DNA of 64,000 bases from an uncultured delta proteobacterium (lineage in GTDB: Bacteria; Desulfobacterota; Syntrophia; Syntrophales; CAMTWB01). The first letter of the stretch is position 1, and each line of letters opens with the position of its first letter. Below are positions 60,893 to 64,000 of the stretch, one piece after another. The stretch is from the NCBI GenBank assembly GCA_947085375.1, contig CAMTWB010000008.1, positions 3,507 to 67,506 of the forward strand, read 5' to 3'. The notes under the pieces are model-generated. The model did not search any database. It was given only the letters and a program-made list of their open reading frames with translations, and had not been told where the DNA came from. Position numbers and translations under genes: made by a program.

Positions 60893-61891
60893 CTAGTTTA
60901 ACCTCTCCGCGCCGGCAAATGTAACCATAGTTTTTACGCCACCGGCATTTTCCCTGACGAAGATAAGCATAAACGTAATTTTCCCTCCCGGAGGAAGCCT
61001 GTCGTTTTGAAAAGCGTTTCCTTCGGGGCGGCTGGTAATTCTTACAATATCTTCCTCCGATGAATTCATTAGATCATCATCGGTCAAGATGTTGCCGCAA
61101 TAGGCAACCCGCTCGCCGATAATCATGCCCTGTGCGTCCCATATCTCGCCCTTAACCTTAAGGCGGGCCAGGGGATAGGGACCGGCATTGGTGAGCGTAC
61201 CCTCCACCACCCTCATCGAACCCAGAATTACATTATGGATGAACCGCTGCCTAAGCTCACTGAATTGAACCTGGTGTTCAGTTGGTTTCTGCTGTTTTTC
61301 CAAGCCCAATAACCGGCCGGCCTCAGGTACCTGCTCGGCCAGCATTTCTAAAACGCCGCGGCTTTCTTGTGGGTAGAACTGATAAAAGGAAAATCCCCCC
61401 ACGGCCAGAAGAATAAGGAAGAGGAAAAAGTAAGCCAGGATCCGTCCCATAATGCTCCGTTTCGGCTGGGGCTTTATTTGCTCCTCGTTCCAGGGGATAT
61501 CATATGGCACTTCGGCATCACCGCCCACCTCAACAGTCTTTTCAATCTCCCCCAGCCTGGCCAGAGCGTTGTCATCGCCTGCCTGGGGTTCGGCGACCAT
61601 TCCAATCGCTGCCAGGCGGGCGCGAGCCATTGGATCATCCTCCCCCGCCGCCTGATGCAGATCAATCTCCGGCAGGGTATTGTCCGCTATTTTCTCCTCA
61701 AGCTGCCGCCAATCGTCCGCTGCAAGGTCTTCCCGAGCGGGCTTGTCCAATAGCTGATCCGTACTTTGGGCGGGCTCGGTCTGAAAAAAAACGCTGCTGC
61801 ATCGGCTGCATCTGACCCAGGCCCCCTCACCCTCGATGAGATCTTCATCGAACCTGTACCTTGTCCCGCACTTCCGGCATTGAACAATCAT
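60893..61891 (-). CDS. MJ0042-type zinc-ribbon protein with TM helix and DUF3426-like C-terminal domain
   Basis: MIVQCRKCGTRYRFDEDLI....VRCSRCSSVF, a central TM (ILAYFFLFLILLAVGGFSF), and a beta-rich C-terminus. Confidence 0.7.
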   Translation of the reverse strand: MIVQCRKCGTRYRFDEDLIEGEGAWVRCSRCSSVFFQTEPAQSTDQLLDKPAREDLAADDWRQLEEKIADNTLPEIDLHQAAGEDDPMARARLAAIGMVAEPQAGDDNALARLGEIEKTVEVGGDAEVPYDIPWNEEQIKPQPKRSIMGRILAYFFLFLILLAVGGFSFYQFYPQESRGVLEMLAEQVPEAGRLLGLEKQQKPTEHQVQFSELRQRFIHNVILGSMRVVEGTLTNAGPYPLARLKVKGEIWDAQGMIIGERVAYCGNILTDDDLMNSSEEDIVRITSRPEGNAFQNDRLPPGGKITFMLIFVRENAGGVKTMVTFAGAERLN

Positions 61892-62460
61892 TGCAGTGCC
61901 TCCCCACCTATTTTCTGGACTATGTAAACATCAGGAAGAAAACGGAAATTCTCATCGAAATCTAGACCATACCCCACTACAAAAAAATCATCAATGCAAA
62001 AGCCCACGTAGTCCGCCTCAAATCCAACCCTCCGTCGGGAGGGCTTATCCAGCAAAGCGCAGACCTTGAGAGAACGGGGATTGCGCTCGGCGAGCCAGCG
62101 GTGGATAAAATTCATGGAGATGCCGGAATCGATTATGTCCTCGACAATCAACACATCCTTTTGAACAATGGAGGTTTCTATATCCTTGGTGATAATTACC
62201 TTGCCGGTAGTAACCGAATCGGCGCCGTAGCTTGTCAGCCGGACGAAATCCACCGTACAGGGCACCGAAAGCTTACGCAGCAGGTCAGCCATGAAGATAA
62301 ACGCCCCCTTGAGAATACCGATGACAACAAGATCCTTGCCCCGGTAGTCCCGGGAAATGCTTTCGGCCAATTCACCCACCCTCTGTTCGATGGCAGCCTG
62401 GGAATGGAGTAATTGCAAATCCATGACAACCCTGGAAACCTCCTCTTCTGATTTTCGCAT
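61888..62460 (-). CDS. hpt: Hypoxanthine(-guanine) phosphoribosyltransferase
   Basis: GILKGAFIFMADLLR and the PRPP motif VLIVEDIIDSGISM. The stop overlaps the downstream start (ATGA). Start at 62460 or ATG 62424. Confidence 0.9.
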   Translation of the reverse strand: MRKSEEEVSRVVMDLQLLHSQAAIEQRVGELAESISRDYRGKDLVVIGILKGAFIFMADLLRKLSVPCTVDFVRLTSYGADSVTTGKVIITKDIETSIVQKDVLIVEDIIDSGISMNFIHRWLAERNPRSLKVCALLDKPSRRRVGFEADYVGFCIDDFFVVGYGLDFDENFRFLPDVYIVQKIGGEALQ

Positions 62461-62647
62461 GCTTTATATGAGGAATAAAATTGCAGGTCAAGACCAAAGA
62501 TGATATGGCTTTGCAATGGGGTCAAGCCTTGTTTTTTGCCCGGCATAAGAAGTTAATGATTATGTGAGGCTGCGTCACTCAAAGATAGGCAGAGTGGCGA
62601 AAAACAAGATTTGACCCCATCTTGATTGAAAGGCGAGAAAACTAAGC

Positions 62648-64000
62648 ATGAACTGGGAAGATATTCTCCTGCAAATAGAAAAACCAGGCCGATACTTAGG
62701 CGGCGAAGTAAACAGCCGCCAAAACCGCGCTTCCGGCAAGCTGAACTTCGTCCTGGCCTTTCCTGATACCTATGAGGTCGGCATGTCTCATCTGGGGATG
62801 CAGATCCTCTACGGCATCCTGGCGAACCTGCCTCAAGTGTCCATTGACCGCTCTTACGCTCCCTGGGTAGACTTGGAAGCTCAATTGCGCCTCCGAGGCA
62901 TTCATCTGGCCGCCTTGGAATCACGACGCCCCCTGAAGGATTTCGACCTGGTGGGCTTTTCCCTCCAGTATGAACTTTCCTACACTAATCTTTTGAATAT
63001 GCTCGATCTGGGTGGCATCCAACTTAGGCGGGAAGACAGAAGAGAGGGCTCCCCGCTGGTCATTGCCGGTGGACCGGGCGCCTATAATCCGGCGCCGCTG
63101 GCCGAATTTATTGATGCCTTCGTCATTGGTGAAGGTGAAGAGGTGCTGCAGGAAATATGTCAAGCTGTCCTGGCTGGCAAAAAAAGAAATCATGACCGGC
63201 GGGAGATTCTGCTCGCTCTTGCTCAGGTCGGAGGCGTTTACGTTCCCGGGGTCAGCCCGGGGGATAGGCCGGTGAAAAAAAGAATCGTCACCGATCTGGA
63301 TCAGGCGTTTTTTCCCGAAGAGCCGCTGGTGCCGTTGATGAAAACCATTCACGACCGGGTGGTTGCAGAAATAGCCCGCGGTTGTACCCGTGGTTGCCGG
63401 TTCTGTCAAGCAGGGATGGTCTGGCGGCCCGTTCGGGAGCGAAGCCTGCCGCGACTCCTTGATATCAGCCATCAGATGCTCTGCGCCACCGGCTATGATG
63501 AGCTGTCCCTGCTGTCGCTTAGCGCAGGCGATTATACCCGCATCGAGGAACTCCTCTCCATCCTGATGGATCGCTACCACGGCAAGCGAATCGCCCTCGC
63601 TCTTCCCTCACTGCGCGTGGAAACTCTTAGCCGTTCCATGATGAATGCGATCAAGCAAGTCCGGAAAACCAGCTTCACCCTGGCCCCGGAGGCGGGAACC
63701 AAACGGATGCGGGATGCCATCAACAAGGGAAATTCCGACGAAGACCTGCTCAATACCGCGGGCCAGGTCTTCCAGGCCGGCTGGCGGGCGATGAAACTCT
63801 ACTTTATGATTGGCCTGCCAGGAGAAAGACAGGAAGATATCGATGGCATTGCTGACTTGAGTTGCCGGGTCGCCAAGACGGCCAAACCCCGGGGGCAGGT
63901 GACCATCAGTCTGTCCACTTTTGTTCCCAAGCCGCACACGCCGTTTCAGTGGGAAAGGCAGATTACCCTCAACGAGGTCCGGGAGAAACAGGACTATTTT
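62648..64000 (+). CDS. Radical SAM protein, TIGR03960-like (5' partial relative to window end; not in ORF track because no stop is reached)
   Basis: Hand translation from ATG 62648: MNWEDILLQIEKPGRYLGGEVNS..., ARGCTRGCRFCQAGMVWRP, LAPEAGTKRMRDAINKG. The frame is open to position 64000. The listed minus-strand ORFs here are antisense shadows. Confidence 0.85.
   Translation, partial: MNWEDILLQIEKPGRYLGGEVNSRQNRASGKLNFVLAFPDTYEVGMSHLGMQILYGILANLPQVSIDRSYAPWVDLEAQLRLRGIHLAALESRRPLKDFDLVGFSLQYELSYTNLLNMLDLGGIQLRREDRREGSPLVIAGGPGAYNPAPLAEFIDAFVIGEGEEVLQEICQAVLAGKKRNHDRREILLALAQVGGVYVPGVSPGDRPVKKRIVTDLDQAFFPEEPLVPLMKTIHDRVVAEIARGCTRGCRFCQAGMVWRPVRERSLPRLLDISHQMLCATGYDELSLLSLSAGDYTRIEELLSILMDRYHGKRIALALPSLRVETLSRSMMNAIKQVRKTSFTLAPEAGTKRMRDAINKGNSDEDLLNTAGQVFQAGWRAMKLYFMIGLPGERQEDIDGIADLSCRVAKTAKPRGQVTISLSTFVPKPHTPFQWERQITLNEVREKQDYF

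Noticed and set aside
1-64000. Looked for CRISPR arrays, tRNA/rRNA genes, integrase/transposase genes and phage genes
   Set aside because: There are no regularly spaced repeat-spacer arrays; the short tandem repeats at 22-69 and 186-230 have no spacers. There is no cloverleaf-like sequence with a GTTCRANYC T-loop in intergenic regions, no rRNA-like stretch, and no ORF with recombinase or transposase motifs.

Overview
This is a 64-kb chromosomal window from a Gram-negative genome, shown by lipid A acyltransferase, LPS heptosyltransferases and a full dcw cluster. The organism is probably anaerobic and deltaproteobacterium/Desulfobacterota-like, but taxon cannot be fixed from sequence alone. All family assignments below come from reading motifs in the supplied translations; no database search or computation was run. 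Layout: (1) 0.2-12 kb holds a LysR regulator divergent from a phenylphosphate-carboxylase-like cluster. That cluster has three UbiD-family paralogs, two KdsC/PpcD-like HAD proteins, two paralogous small ORFs and a PaaK-like CoA ligase, and is interrupted by a retropepsin-like gene. The opposite strand carries Nudix, an archaeal-type riboflavin kinase fusion and UbiX, a plausible prFMN cofactor supply module. (2) 12-18 kb holds an Fe-S (CCG) gene remnant, an FGGY kinase with an S1P-lyase-like PLP enzyme, an FMN oxidoreductase and an acyl-CoA dehydrogenase. (3) 18.3-23.9 kb holds a TPR protein gene overlapping a ~1540-aa protein that fuses a BrxC/PglY-like P-loop ATPase to a complete PglZ domain. 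No other BREX gene is nearby. This is my strongest candidate for an undescribed (defence-like) system. (4) 24-31.6 kb holds Rrf2-cydABDC, bracketed by inverted copies of a TIR-bearing MITE-like repeat. (5) 31.6-41.3 kb holds ppdK, mazG, LPS-core heptose genes, ssb, ruvX and mltG. (6) 41.3-59 kb holds the dcw cluster from mraZ to ftsZ, with a fused murE-murF and no ddl. It is peppered with a second family of TIR-bounded GC-hairpin intergenic repeats, including an inverted pair bracketing ftsQ. (7) 59-64 kb holds two paralogous radical SAM genes flanking a zinc-ribbon/DUF3426 gene and hpt; the second radical SAM gene runs off the window and is absent from the ORF track. I recognised no rRNA, tRNA or CRISPR array.
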